A stretch of DNA of 64,000 nt from the NCBI RefSeq assembly GCF_963506605.1, contig NC_083289.1, forward strand, positions 21,948,001-22,012,000, read 5' to 3'. The notes beneath the pieces were generated by a model. It was not told the origin of the DNA, ran no database searches, and worked only from the letters and a program-made list of their open reading frames with translations. Positions 1-12,360 of this stretch are shown in pieces. Each line of letters opens with the position of its first letter. Positions within the stretch are counted from its first letter, which is position 1. A program made the position numbers and the translations under genes. The stretch comes from Zootoca vivipara. Lineage: Eukaryota.

Positions 1-82
1 GCTGGGAATTACAGGTGAGCAGAGTGCTGTTGTGCTTGGGTCCTGTTTGTGGACTTCAGAGAGGAAGACAGCAACGTTCCTA

Positions 83-709
83 TGTATGAGTGGGTGGGAC
101 TAGGGGCAGAGTCTGGCAGGTTTGCGGTCGATGGTGGCAATAGGATCTGCAGGTATGTCCACTGCCGAGGTGTGGCGACAGACCCAGCAAGGGGAGGTCA
201 GAAATTCTTGGTTGGGTGGCAGGGTGGACAGCAAGGCAAGGCAAGAGTTGGAGGCATGAGTTCAGCACCATGGATAGCACACTTGCAGCTGAGGCCAGGC
301 ATCCAAGTTGTCTCAGCAAGTTCCTGGAGCTACTGGCTGTTTTATAGGAATGCTAGGTAGTTTTTAACTGGAGGTCCAACAGCCCCACTGAGTCCTGAAT
401 CCTGGCCAGTTACTGAGCTGGTGCTGTTGGCTTCTTTGCAATAATGGGGCTTCTAGCTGTAGAAATCTCACCTCTGAGCTCTGCCCGAGGAGTCTGTGGA
501 GTAGCCAACAGAGTCTGGTGGTATAGGTCTCTCCTTGATGCTTAGGGAAAGGGAAAACAGGCTCTTGTGTCCATAGACCCACATAGGATGGACAAGGGAA
601 TGGAACCATCTCCTGGAAGCCGCAGTTGATGGAGGGCTCTGCCTCCAAGGAGTTATGGTCTGGGTCTATGCCATGTGGGCTATTGCAATTCAGGTGAAAA
701 TGTGTCACA
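83..709 (-). mobile_element. Degraded solo LTR-like element
   Basis: TG...CA ends, minus-strand TATA (ttttatag at ~340) and LTR-like layout; no TSD found, so boundaries are approximate. Confidence 0.4.
261..281 (+). promoter_or_regulatory. RE1/NRSE (REST-binding) motif
   Basis: TTCAGCACCATGGATAGCACA matches consensus TTCAGCACCATGGACAGCGCC at 18/21 with canonical 2-bp spacing. Confidence 0.55.
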
Positions 710-2125
710 GGCGGAAAAATGAAAGGGGAAGGAGATCTGAAGGCATCTAAAAAGACATATAATTTAGATCCTTTGGGCTGGGGAGGTGGGGGTGCTGTTG
801 GTTTTGTTTGTTACTATATTATGTATGTTTGTATTTTTATATTGTAAACCACCCTGTGATCTTTGGGAAAGCGTGGTATAGAACATGAAAGAATTGTAGC
901 CAGCGAAGTTAGAGTGGACTAAATCCATTAAAATTAATGGACCTAAGTTCCCCATGTCCATTATTTTCAATAGGTCTACACTGAGTAGTACTACCACTGG
1001 ACTCAATTCCCAAGAACACCCCTGGTTACAGATGACTAAAGCAGTGAGGCAAGCCATACACAAAATGACAAGCGGATTGTATATTACAGTACATGTATCT
1101 TCACCATATTGCATTTATTCCATTTGGAGGACATTGACTACATTTTACAGCTATAGAGAGATGGGGGTCTGAAAATGGTGGCTGTCCCAGCTGAATCGAG
1201 ACAGTTGGAAGGTACATGCAGTAGAGGCAGCTCCATCAGGGAGAATAGGGTGCTGCCCCACAGACCTGTTTGCCCTTAGCTGGCCCCCACCAGCTATACC
1301 AGTCTAGGGGTGGGCACTTCTTGTCAGCTTCCCACTTTTTAGTCTCAGTGTTGCCCTTGTAGAATTCAGCAGGGAGGAGGATGGGGACAGAATCAGAATT
1401 AGCTTCACCTGTCATTGGCTCTGGCGCCACCTACTGTTAGTCTCCCTGCTTTTCACCCTACTGGACACACTGGTCACCAGCCATCATGAGGCATGTGATC
1501 TTTTATGGGGGGTTCCTATGCTCCACAACATACAGTATGGGTGTGTGGGTGTGTACACACACTTTAATTCATCAGAGGGCCTTAATCTCATTTGTCTCAT
1601 TCATTTTCTGTGAGCAAGAACACAGCTCCACACATTTCTAAGGGCTGTAGAGAGTCATTGTTATTATTACTACTTTTAAATATCCACATTTTTTTTAAAA
1701 CAGATACAGCAGGATCAAAAAAAGACTCCAGATTCCCTGGCTTTAATGCCTTTCACTTCTTAAACTGCTGAGGCACTCAGAACAGTAGCTTGGCTTTGAT
1801 CTGTACGTACAGTTCCCACAGACATTGCTGAGGAAAATCTGTGCACGGATTGAGGGCACCAGATGGCATTTTGAAATTATCCAAGTTACACAGGCCTGTT
1901 TGAGAGGCAGGAGGGGAGCTTGAAGCGCAATCTATTTCTTTCTTCTGATGCAGCAATTCAGAAAAGGGGAAGGCGATAGAGCTGCCTTTGGGAAGTCATT
2001 TCTTTTCTTTTCAAAAAAAGCTTTTTTTGAACAGTCAGCCTTAAAGCAATAATTCAGGTATTCTATTGGAATGTACTGGAAACCAGTGTGGAATACCCAA
2101 GTATGGCTATTTTGTGGCTGTTTGT

Positions 2126-2293
2126 NNNNNNNNNNNNNNNNNNNNNNNNNNNNNNNNNNNNNNNNNNNNNNNNNNNNNNNNNNNNNNNNNNNNNNNNNNN
2201 NNNNNNNNNNNNNNNNNNNNNNNNNNNNNNNNNNNNNNNNNNNNNNNNNNNNNNNNNNNNNNNNNNNNNNNNNNNNNNNNNNNNNNNNNNNNN
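2126..2293. other. Assembly gap (N run); others at 6615-6769, 28255-28388, 31388-31524, 31937-32094, 47033-47171
   Basis: Runs of n, 134-168 nt long. Confidence 0.95.
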
Positions 2294-2383
2294 CAACAAG
2301 ATCCACACTTGTCTTCTGAACAATCCTGGAAAAGTGATGGCTGAATCGTCTTATGTAAGCTACACCAACCTTCCTGGCAAGGA

Positions 2384-2399
2384 AGCGCCATCTAGCGTT
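2384..2399 (-). promoter_or_regulatory. CTCF-like motif
   Basis: Minus strand AACGCTAGATGGCGCT resembles the core CCASYAGRKGGCRS. Confidence 0.4.
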
Positions 2400-2824
2400 C
2401 TTATGGAGCCATCGCCCTATTCCGAGGAGATCCAGCCAATTTTGCATCGTGAAAACAAAACCCCGAAGAAATGCCAGATTCTGCCGGCCTCTTCTACCCC
2501 CCCCCCCCGGCTAAGCCACTAGTCTCTTTCCTGAAGAAATCTTGCTGGTTTGATCATGTCACGAGTCTTGGAGAACAGAAAATGCCAAATGGATTCAGTG
2601 GGACATATTTGCAGAAGCTTCACCAGCCGCTTATATGCACCTGCTCTGTAAGTCCGGGGTGAGGACCCTCTGACCCAGAGGGTTCTGAGTGGGGCTGTTG
2701 TCAGGACTTTGCTGCTGAGGTTGGAGTCATTTGTCTACAAATATAGGGGCTGAACTCACATGCTTTTCATGCATTTTTAAAAGCACTTGTCTAAAACAGA
2801 ATATACTTATTTCCTTCATTGCAT

Positions 2825-3040
2825 GGCTATCCCACCTTTTTTCTCCAAGGAGCTCAAAGTGGAATACATGGTTCTCCACCCCCCCCGTTTAATACCCACC
2901 ACAACCCTGTGAAGTAGGTTAGTCTGAGAGGCAGTGACCAGCTCAAGGTCACCCAGTGAGCTCTATGGCAGAGTGGGGATTTGAACCCTGGTCTCCCAGG
3001 TCCTAGTCTGACACTCTAACCACTACAACATACCGACACT
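2825..3040 (-). mobile_element. MIR/Ther1-derived tRNA SINE (Squam3-like)
   Basis: caaccctgtgaagtaggtt...aaggtcacccagtgag...gatttgaaccc (B box)...ctctaaccactac (A box). Confidence 0.8.
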
Positions 3041-3608
3041 CAGCCTTTTGGAAATGTGCAGACACATTAGCAAGGGTGACTGCCCAATGTCAATAGACAG
3101 GGAGTTCCAAAGTGTTGCTTCACTGAATTCTAATAGATGTGGAACGAATGTTATCTGGCACTTCTAAAGCTGCATGTTCTGCACACTGAAAAGGATATAG
3201 TGCCAGGGGAGGGAGGAAGCAAATAGCTGGTTGTTAGGCACTTGGGAATCACAGTGCAAGGGGCATTGCCAGCCTGATCCTTGGCGGAGTACCACACTGG
3301 CAAAACTGCTTTCTGCAGCGATCAGCTGTACAGTTGTGGCCACCTGATCCACATCTCTACCTGACCCGCACTTGACATCAAACATGAAAACAGTCTTCTG
3401 GGCCAAATTGGGACATGTGCTGGGCCAGATTTGGCCCACAGGCCGGAGGACCCCAACCTTTGTACTATACACATGTTCGTATGCAATTTCGCCTAATTCA
3501 CACATTTTTGCATAGCGATTTCCCCATACATAATGCATTTTTGAGTGCCAAATTCATCAACATATGCATTTCAATGCAAACCATGCCACAGTATATGCAA
3601 ATTTGTAT

Positions 3609-3700
3609 CATAGCTGCCAAGTTCTCCCTTTTTTTTTAAGGGAAATTCCCTCATGCTGAATAGGCTTCCTCGCGAGAAAATGGAAAACTTGGCAGCTATG
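3609..3700. mobile_element. hAT MITE (CATAGCTGCCAAGTT TIR), 92 bp, nested in an older AT-rich repeat
   Basis: Perfect 15-bp TIRs; 8-bp TSD atttgtat at 3601-3608 and 3701-3708. Confidence 0.9.
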
Positions 3701-6700
3701 ATTTGTATACGTGACATGCCCGGAGAACTGCCTTGCAAAATTCAGAGACGTGCGAATTTCGAAAAAGGACTGTGTTTTGGTCCACATATTGTTTCGGAGA
3801 GGGCAGATTAGGCAGCTTTGCCTATGAACATGAACTGGATCTAATTCCTACCCCCCTTCCCTAGCCTGCACCCCTGTCCCTGTACGGCAGGCCTTATCTG
3901 TTCATATCCCACTTCTTGTTGCTCTCACTCTCCATGGCCTGCCAAGAGGAGCTTCAGCAAGAAGCAGCATATGCCCAGCTGGTACGGCGTGTCCTAGGAG
4001 AACTTGACGCAGGCTCTGTTTACTGCCACGTTCTCCTCGCTGCAACAGTTGGGCAACTCTCGGCATGCAACCAGGGTGTGAGCGCCGCCTGCTTGGATGC
4101 GTGGCTGCAACCTGCTTTCTTCACGAGGCCGCTAAATGGGTGGGCAAATAGGTTTGATGTGCCAGGATCCCACCTGACCAGGTAGCATGATCATGACGTG
4201 ATTTCTGGCTTGGGCGGGGTAGCAAAATGATGGGTTTTTCACAATTCGATTGCTCTTCACCAAGCCTATTAAAAACAGGTCCTGCCATGTAAAAAAGCTG
4301 GAAGGGAAGAAGTGAGCAGAGGCCAGAGAAAGAACTCTGAGTGGAAGGGGGGGTCCTATTTAGCATTCTTTGGACCCCCCAGGAAACTCATCAAGCGCAA
4401 TCTCTGGTAGCCTGGAGAGTAGATGAAGAGAGCTGAGCTGTGGGCAGCCTCCAACAGGCTCCTTGCCCGCTGTCTCCATCCACCTGCCCACTAGACCAAG
4501 CTTCCTGCCACCACACCTTAGATGCCAGGGCCCCGTGTCTGTCATGGGGGGAAAATGTACACCCGGGGCCACAGCCCCCGCCCCTACTATGCCTCTGGTC
4601 TGAGGGTATTTAGCATGCTGCCTAATATTGCTTTTATGAAGATTTTAATAGACTTGCTATGTGTCTGCATGTTTTCTTCACTGCTTGCAAACTTTTATGA
4701 ACAAGCAGCTTATAAATTTCCATATAAATAAATAAGCTCCATCTGTGCTGTAAGACTGATTTTTTTTTAGGTGCAATAGCAAGTTTGCAGTTGCCTGTGT
4801 GCTGAGGAAAGGATTGCCTTCTTCTCATCAGTCCTTTCCTTAAGTGACTTCTGGAACGATGGAAATGAAGGCTGGGAGATAAGGAAGTCTGGTGAAGTCA
4901 TCCTAGGTGATCTTGTGGGTTCCTCTGCAAGGAGAATGAAAGGCTGAGGAAGAACAAAGAGATTTGCATTCTAAATGCCTGTGGGGCAGGGGGAGAAAAT
5001 GAAAACCCAGCCAATGTTGTTTTTTTCTTGTTCTGTTTGGTCTCTGAATTCTTTGCCAGGCACTCAAAGACAGCATCTCTATAGGTCCCTGTGAGCCTCT
5101 CAGGATTCTGTTTCCATGGCATTCTTTAAGGCTGCACCATCAGCAGACAGGACTGAAATGACTTCCAACAACCTATTCCAAACAATAACTCTGATGTAGG
5201 AGCCCCCGAGCTGGCATCAAGCAAGTTAACAAGTGACAAAGAATAATAATAACAACAATAGTAACAATACTTTTGCTTTCCCAAAGGTGTCAGAACTACA
5301 AAGGGCTATTTATGAAAAGCACCAGGGCTCCTTTTCTCCATATTTAGTAGTTTTAAAATCACTCAGTTTATCCATCAGATGATGGGGTTTTTTTTTCCTG
5401 CTTGCTTTACTAGCCCCCGCCTTTCTTCATTTAAGAGTGGGGGGGGGGGTTGAGAATTAGCAGGATCAAAGCAGGCATGAAGGGGATTTTAGCACTTTCA
5501 GAGGATAATATTTTGAGCACCTTCCTAGCCCAAACTTTTGAGCGAGGAAGAAGGGGCACTTCCAGACTGTTGCTATTTTTAAGCAGCAGTGCTCTGTAAA
5601 CAGACAACATCATCTAATCTCTATGCAAACAAATCAGGAAGAATACTCAATAAATACATGATCTGAAAGTGCCAGGACAGACGGGGTGGAGAAAGTGAAC
5701 TTTATCAGAATAGTATGCTGACAATTCAGTCTAGTGTTAAAAATAAATAAATCAGGTGTGCATGGGCGGGTAGCGTGTGTGTATTAAGGAGCAGGAATCC
5801 GCTCAGATTAGTAATAGGTTTGCTTCAGTAAATCCATAAAAAACCCACCTTGCCAAAATTGTGTGCGTGGCAAGCTGCAGTTATAAGTAGGAAGTTAAGA
5901 AAGGTCTGTACATTATTTAAAGGAAGGGTGAGTTCACACTGACCCAAATCTCAGCGAGGTTGAATTAATCTGTCGAGTGAAGCGGATGGTGTTTCCTCTC
6001 ATCTAAAACTTTCTCTCAGGTACAAAAGTGCAACACTATGCCATCCAGTGGCTACTCGGATCTATCACAAAAAGCAGTGCCTCGTTCCTCCAGGGTTGCA
6101 TTAGCGCAAATAGTTTGGCACCCAATTTTACCTGAACTGGATATGCACAGTAATTGAAAACAAATCTGGACCACACTCAATATTTGCCTGGAGGAATGGA
6201 AGTGATGTATTTCTCTTCTGTTATTTGAGTTTATATCCAGCACGGGCTACAAAGGGTGAAGCTTTTTGCTGCTGCTATTGTGGGTGGGTGGGTGGGTGAG
6301 GGTGTCCGTTTGGGATCTTAATGGATTCCATTTATTTTTATGATGACGTAGCTTTGCCTGGATGTATGCTTTTGAATATGTTGTAAGTTGCCTGGAGACC
6401 TTTTCAGTGTAAAAAGCAAGTGTGGTTTGTTTTGTTCGTTTGTTTTTTATATTATTATTATACACCACCTCTCAACATTTTGTTTCCCGAAATGAATGAA
6501 TTTGAGACATTTAGGTCTGAAGACTGGGGGGGAAATTGCTTATGAGAAAGTAGAACAGCTGGATGCCATACTAGAGTGAATGTTTTGAATGATTTCTTTT
6601 TTTGTAACTGACGGNNNNNNNNNNNNNNNNNNNNNNNNNNNNNNNNNNNNNNNNNNNNNNNNNNNNNNNNNNNNNNNNNNNNNNNNNNNNNNNNNNNNNN

Positions 6701-7159
6701 NNNNNNNNNNNNNNNNNNNNNNNNNNNNNNNNNNNNNNNNNNNNNNNNNNNNNNNNNNNNNNNNNNNNNCCCCTTCTTTTCCCTTTTTCTCTTTGGCCAT
6801 TATTGGGGTACAGGGATTGCACACACAGGAAGGTGGTGGATGTTTGGTGGAAGGACCCTGAGTGAGAGGCAGGGAAGGGAAGATCTCCCAGTCTGAGAGG
6901 CTGGGAGAAGAAAGGAAAGCTCCCAGGTGAGGGCTGGGAGGGTCCACTATTTCCTCTGTGTGACAAGGATTAAGAGCTACCTTTCAGAGAGGACTCTACA
7001 TTTTCTTTTCTCTTTCTCTCTCTATCTGTTTTTGGTTTTATTTAGATTACTTTCTTTTATCTTATTTTATTATGAAAAAGCTTTAATAAAATTTCATGAA
7101 ACAAAAACAAACACCCCCCCCAACATTTTGGGGCCCTCCCCCATCTCCCGGAGTACATA

Positions 7160-7502
7160 AAGGGACCCCTGACCATTAGGTCCAGTCGTGACCGACTCTG
7201 GGGTTGCGCACTCATCTCGCATTATTGGCCGAGGGAGCCGGCGTATAGCTTCCAGGTCATGTGGCCAGCATGACAAAGCCGTTTCTGGCAAACGAGAGCA
7301 GCACACGGAAACGCTGTTTACCTTCCCGCTGTAGCGGTTCCTATTTATCTACTTGCACTTTGACGTGCTTTTGAACTGCTAGGTTGCCAGGAGCTGGGAC
7401 GAAGCAACGGGAGCTCATCCCGTGGCAGGGATTCGAACCGCCGACCTTCTGATCAGCAAGCCCTAGGCTCAGTGGTTTAACCCACAGCGCCACCTGGGGC
7501 CC
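7160..7502 (-). mobile_element. Full-length Sauria SINE
   Basis: Head gggccccaggtggcgctgtgggttaaacc, B box ggttcgaatcc, typical body; 14-bp TSD tcccggagtacata at 7146-7159 and 7503-7516. Confidence 0.95.
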
Positions 7503-7859
7503 TCCCGGAGTACATATTTATTTATTTAAATAAATATATATCCCAACCTTCCACATGAACAAGCGCATAATGGCAAACACACAACAGAAACATCCAAAGA
7601 CAGTTAAATACAATTCCAATATAGACACAGGCCAGGAAAGAGCTTGTTGAAAGAGGGAGGTCTTTAGTCCACCTACACTGAAAGAAGGACAGGGATGGTC
7701 AGGACCATCTCACCCATTAGGCAGAGTTAGGTGGTGGTTTCAGGCGGCAGAGCAACTTGCCTCTTGCGTGCTACTCATTTAAGTGAATCCAAGTCATCAT
7801 CCCTATAGCAGAACATGTTTCCTATGAAGAAATGCATGTGGCAGAAAGGTGAGTGAGAG

Positions 7860-8292
7860 GATGCGTTATAGAGGTTTTATAAAATCATGCATGGTGTGAG
7901 GAAAATGGACAGAGAAAAATGTTTCTCTCTCATAACATCCGAACTCATAGACATCCAAAGAAACTGAACGTTGGGCAATTCAGGACAGGAAAAAGAAAGC
8001 ACTTCTTCACACAGTGCAGAGTTAAATTATGGAATTCCCTCCCTCAAGAAGTAGTGTTGACCACCAACTTGGATGGCTTTATAAGAGGACTGGGCAAATT
8101 CCTGGCAAATAAGGCTATCGGTGGCTACTAGCCACAATGACCATGTTCTCTCTCCACTCTCAGAGGCATTATGTTTCTGAATGCCAGTTGCTGGGAATCA
8201 CAAATGTGCAGGATGCTGTTGGGCTCAGATCCTGCCTGCAGGCTTCTCACAGAAAACGGCTTGGTCACGGAGAGATCTGGATGTTGGACTAG
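7860..8292 (+). mobile_element. CR1 LINE 3' fragment (ORF2 C-terminus plus 3'UTR)
   Basis: Translates RKHFFTQCRVKLWNSLPQEVV...LDGFIRGLGKFL, the CR1 ORF2 end. The UTR is interrupted at ~8293 by a hAT-like element and resumes at ~8683. Confidence 0.85.
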
Positions 8293-9248
8293 AAGTTATG
8301 TCCAACGGGTAGATCGTGATCTACTGGTAGATCACCGGGGTGTTCCAGGTAGATCACAGGATTACAGAAAGTGATCACTGCCCCCCCCCCCCCCCGCAAA
8401 AGGAGAAAAACTGAGGCCTCTCCCCCCAAGCTCAACATCTTTGGCTCCCCACCCCGGGCTGCGCCCCAGGTGTCATGCCTAAGGGGGGGGGAATCGTAGC
8501 ATTGGCAGCCCTCGCACAAGGATCGTGTTGGTGGCCCAGTACTGGAGGAAATACCGGTAGCTATGCCCCCCCAAAAAGCCCAATAACTCTGGGTAGTTAG
8601 TCGCCATCTTGGGTTAGATCAATTGCCAGGTTTTTTTTAATAGTGGCAGTAGATCACAATCTCTTGGGAGTTGGACGTGCCTGAGCCATGGGCTTGACCC
8701 AGCAAGTTGTTTCTTTTTTATATATATACTGTACCTGTTTATATATGACTGGCTTGATGAAGCTGATTTTATGGGAGGACAAGTAATCTCAATGTGAGAA
8801 ATGCGCTGTAAATGAGAGCAAGTCGTCCTTCCTCCCCTCTGAAGCCCGTTCCTGTGGTTCTTCCCTGCTGATTTTCAGCCCTGTCTTATTTCTCATTTGA
8901 ATTTGTCCCTTGATTCATGCTATCAGCAGCTTTCCGCTCCTGCTTGAAGGGCCCTTTAGCGAAGGTACTTATACCCCATAATCAAGTCACCTCTTATCCT
9001 TCTTTCTGATAAGCTAAGCAGCTTGACTTCCTCGAGTCCCTTGCCAGGAGGCTTGTTTCCAACTGCAGACAAAATGATTCTTGCAGTTTTTCCTTTCCTG
9101 GCATCCTTTCCCATTTACAAATGGTGCCAGGAATGTGCTTATTGGTGCATCTACATTTCTGCCAGTCATATAAATGTGCCCCCGGATTAATCAGGGGGTT
9201 CATCTGAACAATCTCTTTATTATATGTGTCACCAGGTCCTTCAACATT

Positions 9249-9362
9249 AAAACCACTGAGCCCCTTGGGCTTGCTGATCAGAAGGTTGGTAGTTTGAATC
9301 CGCGCAACGGCGTGAGCTCCTGTTGCTCTGTCCCAGCTCCTGCCAACCTAGGAGTTCGAAAG
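9249..9362 (+). mobile_element. Partial Sauria SINE (5' part)
   Basis: Matches 13007-13120: aaaccactgagccccttgggcttgc...ctgccaacctag. Confidence 0.85.
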
Positions 9363-9446
9363 TACTTTTTGAACCTCCCACCAGCCACAGCTAGCATGGC
9401 CAATGGGCAGAGCCAATGGGAGCTGTAGTTCAGCAATGTCCAGAGG

Positions 9447-10191
9447 TGTCACAGACTGGCTGCTTGTAGAGGAGCAACGGGAGGCTCCAGCTAGGGAACC
9501 TCCAAGGGAAGAAGGCTCAGAGCCAGGGGATCGGTGATGGGATGACAATGAGTGGTCAACAGGGGAAGAGAGAGAAGACTGGGAGGAGGAGGTGGCGTTG
9601 GAAGCTGAAGAGGTAACAGGGTTTAGTGAGCAGGAAGACTCTGTGGCAGAGAGCAGTTCAGAATCAGAGTCAGGAGCAGAGGTTGGAGATGCCCGGAGGC
9701 ATCCAAAGGTCCCAGAAGACTGGGAGGAGGAGGTGGTGTTGGAAGCTGAAGAGGTAACAGGGTTTAGTGAGCAGGAAGAGTCTGTGGCAGAAAGCAGTTC
9801 AGAATCAGAGTCAGGAGCAGAGGTTGGAGAGGAGGGGGGGCCAAGAAATCAGACAGGGTGGTGAAGAAGCCAAGGTATCTCCCCCTCCTGCTGTGACCCA
9901 TTCCCCTCCCACCTGGTCTCCCAGAACCAGAAGAGGTATGAAGAAGGAGGAGCAAAGACAGTCACACGGCAGAGTCCCAGATTGCTTGGGAAGGACCAGG
10001 GGAAGGCGGAGACTTAGGCAAGTGTGGGAAGGAAGGGATCTTCAGTCCCCACAACTGCCTCATAGGAGCAAGATCTACTGGGATGAGCTGCTGTGCTCAC
10101 TAGGCCTGGCCTCCTGAGCAGACCATGTTTCCTTGAATAAAGAGTTAACTTCACTGATGCTGTGTGAATTATTGCTGACCTGTTCCTGACA
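9447..10191 (+). mobile_element. Solo LTR with internal 117-bp tandem duplication, inserted in a hAT-like MITE
   Basis: TGTCA...TGACA termini, 5-bp TSD agagg at 9442-9446 and 10192-10196, AATAAA at 10136. Confidence 0.85.
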
Positions 10192-11275
10192 AGAGGGCCA
10201 CAGCTTCCTCACCCTGTTTGTTAGTATCTCACAGTAATGGAAACAACAAGAATGCCCCTCACCTGCGCTGCCAGCAGCCCACGAGCTCGGCATCCAGCCC
10301 AAGATGCAAAGTTTCAGATCTGTTCACCAGCTTACCCTGTGCTGCAAATACTGATCAGCCGCCACAATGCCCAGTGGGTGCCCCAGACAACTGGCGGCTT
10401 GTTAAACACCCCCCCAAGCTTACAGGCCCACAGCTCACTGACAAGAACCACACTCATGTTCAATCACAGCTTAATCACAGCCAAACTAGATTAACAGTTC
10501 ATACTAATTACCAACTTCTAACAGGTTGCTGAGGTTTGGAGGCAAAAAACATCCTCTGTTTCTAGATGAAAAAGGGTGTCTGTGTGTGTGTGTGTAGGGA
10601 ATGCAAAAGCAACCATGAAGCCCGCCGCAATTAGGTCCTTTAGAACAAAACACTCCCAAATTTACCAGCGTCCTCTTTGTGGCGACGATGGTCTTTTAAA
10701 GTACAATTGTACAAGGATATATTTGTTTGTTTCCATTTTCCTATCTGCTGCGTTGCCCACAAGGGCCTAATTAGCTAGTTACAGATGCTCGGATCAGTAT
10801 TATATTCTTGTCTATTTTTTGGTGTGTTCTTTAAAAAAGAAAAAGAAAAAAAGCAGCACAACTTGTAGCACAGATTGTTGGCCCGGAGGCATCCAAAGAT
10901 CAACAATGAGCTTTCTGTGAAACCAGCCCTCCTGTGAAACAACCAGTTTTCCCCTCCCCAGAATTCCTAATGAAAAAGCAGACGGGGCAGGGATGCGGGG
11001 ATGAGGAAGACACAATCCATCATGGCACACTCAGAATGAGTCAATGGTGGAAACAGTATATTGAAGAAGGGCTCACATTTCAATAATAGCAGCAACAGCA
11101 GCAGCAGCAGCAACCTGACTTTGAATATCATGTTAGTGCTCATGTAAGTGTTTAAAAACCTAAATGACTCAGACCCCAAATACCCCAAAGACCTTTTCAG
11201 ACCGTGCAGAAACCAGGATTGATTTTTTCATTCCAGGACTGTCCCTGGAATATAGGGACACTTGGAGGGTATGGA

Positions 11276-11438
11276 CAGGGCCGGCCCTAAGGCAAGGCTG
11301 GGTGACGCAATGCGCCAGGGCGCCGGGCCGTCAGGGGGCGCCACGCTGCTGCGCCCGCCAGACAGCCGCGCTGGGAAACGGGGGGCCCGCCGGAGGGATC
11401 TTCGCACCACGGCACCAGATATGCTTAAGACGGCCATG
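11276..11438. mobile_element. GC-rich non-autonomous hAT element (CAGGGCC TIR family), short copy
   Basis: 8-bp TSD ggtatgga; termini homologous to 22614-23180 in opposite orientation. Confidence 0.85.
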
Positions 11439-11446
11439 GGTATGGA

Positions 11447-11563
11447 CAGGGCTTTTTTCAGCTGGAACTGGCCAGAACTCAGTTCCAGCACCTCTCAGGT
11501 GGGTGCCATTGCCATTATAAGTCAACAAGGGAGGTATTCTCTTTTTCTTGAAAAATAGCACTG
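11447..11563. mobile_element. Second hAT MITE (CAGGGCTTTTTTC / CAGTGCTATTTTTC TIRs)
   Basis: Flanked by the same 8-mer ggtatgga at 11439-11446 and 11564-11571. Confidence 0.8.
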
Positions 11564-11574
11564 GGTATGGATAT

Positions 11575-11770
11575 GGAGAGGCCAAGCACCTGAGCTTGGC
11601 ATGTAGAGGGTCACCAGGTCCAGTGGCTAGCATTTCCAGATAAGGAAAGGGACCAGGTGATGGGAAATGCTGTCTACCTGAGACTCTGGAGAGCTGCTTC
11701 CAGGCAGAGTCAACAGTGCTTAGCTGGGTGGGCAAATAGTCGGGCCTGATAAGTAGCCGTTTCATATGTT
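11575..11770 (+). mobile_element. Old tRNA-derived SINE with CR1-like tail; related copies at ~19765-19915, 31066-31215, 48136-48750 (split) and 54925-55080 (minus)
   Basis: Shared body gagctgc..ccagtcagtgtagacaatactgagctagatgg among the copies. Confidence 0.7.
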
Positions 11771-11822
11771 CTTAGAATCATGTTGACTAAAAGGTGGTGG
11801 CTCAGCCCAGCATTTCAGGCTG

Positions 11823-11824
11823 GA

Positions 11825-11900
<76 letters not shown>
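11823..11900. repeat. (GAAA)n microsatellite
   Basis: Perfect tetranucleotide run. Confidence 0.98.
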
Positions 11901-12360
11901 CCAAAAAGGTGGGAGGGGAGGCAAGAAAAGAGAGGGGCAGACAAAAAGCACCATGATTTCAAAAGGGCTAATGTTTAGATGGCCTATGTCTATCAGTCCA
12001 ATATCATTTAATAGGGGGGCTGTTAGGATCAGCTTCTAATGCACATGGTGCTAAGAGCAATAATTGGCACCTGGATAATAGCTGTTTCTTCTCAGCTTCA
12101 ATCAGAAAATTAACTATTTGATGGAAGAGTAACGAGAGCAGAGGAAATGCCATGGTGGCTGTATTGTCTCTAATGCGTTGTATAATATTATGACGCCTCC
12201 CGCCTTTCCTCCAGTTCCAGATATAAGCTCTCGCATGCCTCAGAAAACAGAGTGTGGCATTGGGCTCTGCAGCTAAAAACCAGCTTGATCCCCAGTGGCT
12301 GCGCTCCCCATGACCAGAGGGAGGAGAAGGCATGCTCCCGTCCCCTGTTGCCCATTAATT

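Noticed and set aside
1932-2522. ORFs spanning N runs (also near 6.6, 28.3, 31.4, 32.0 and 47.1 kb) and microsatellite ORFs (KERK, YIYI, poly-L)
   Set aside because: Artefacts of gaps and simple repeats.
9592-9864. Acidic repeat ORF (EAEEVTGFSEQE...) as a host gene
   Set aside because: It lies wholly inside a TSD-flanked solo LTR, has no ATG start, and its repeat comes from the tandem duplication.
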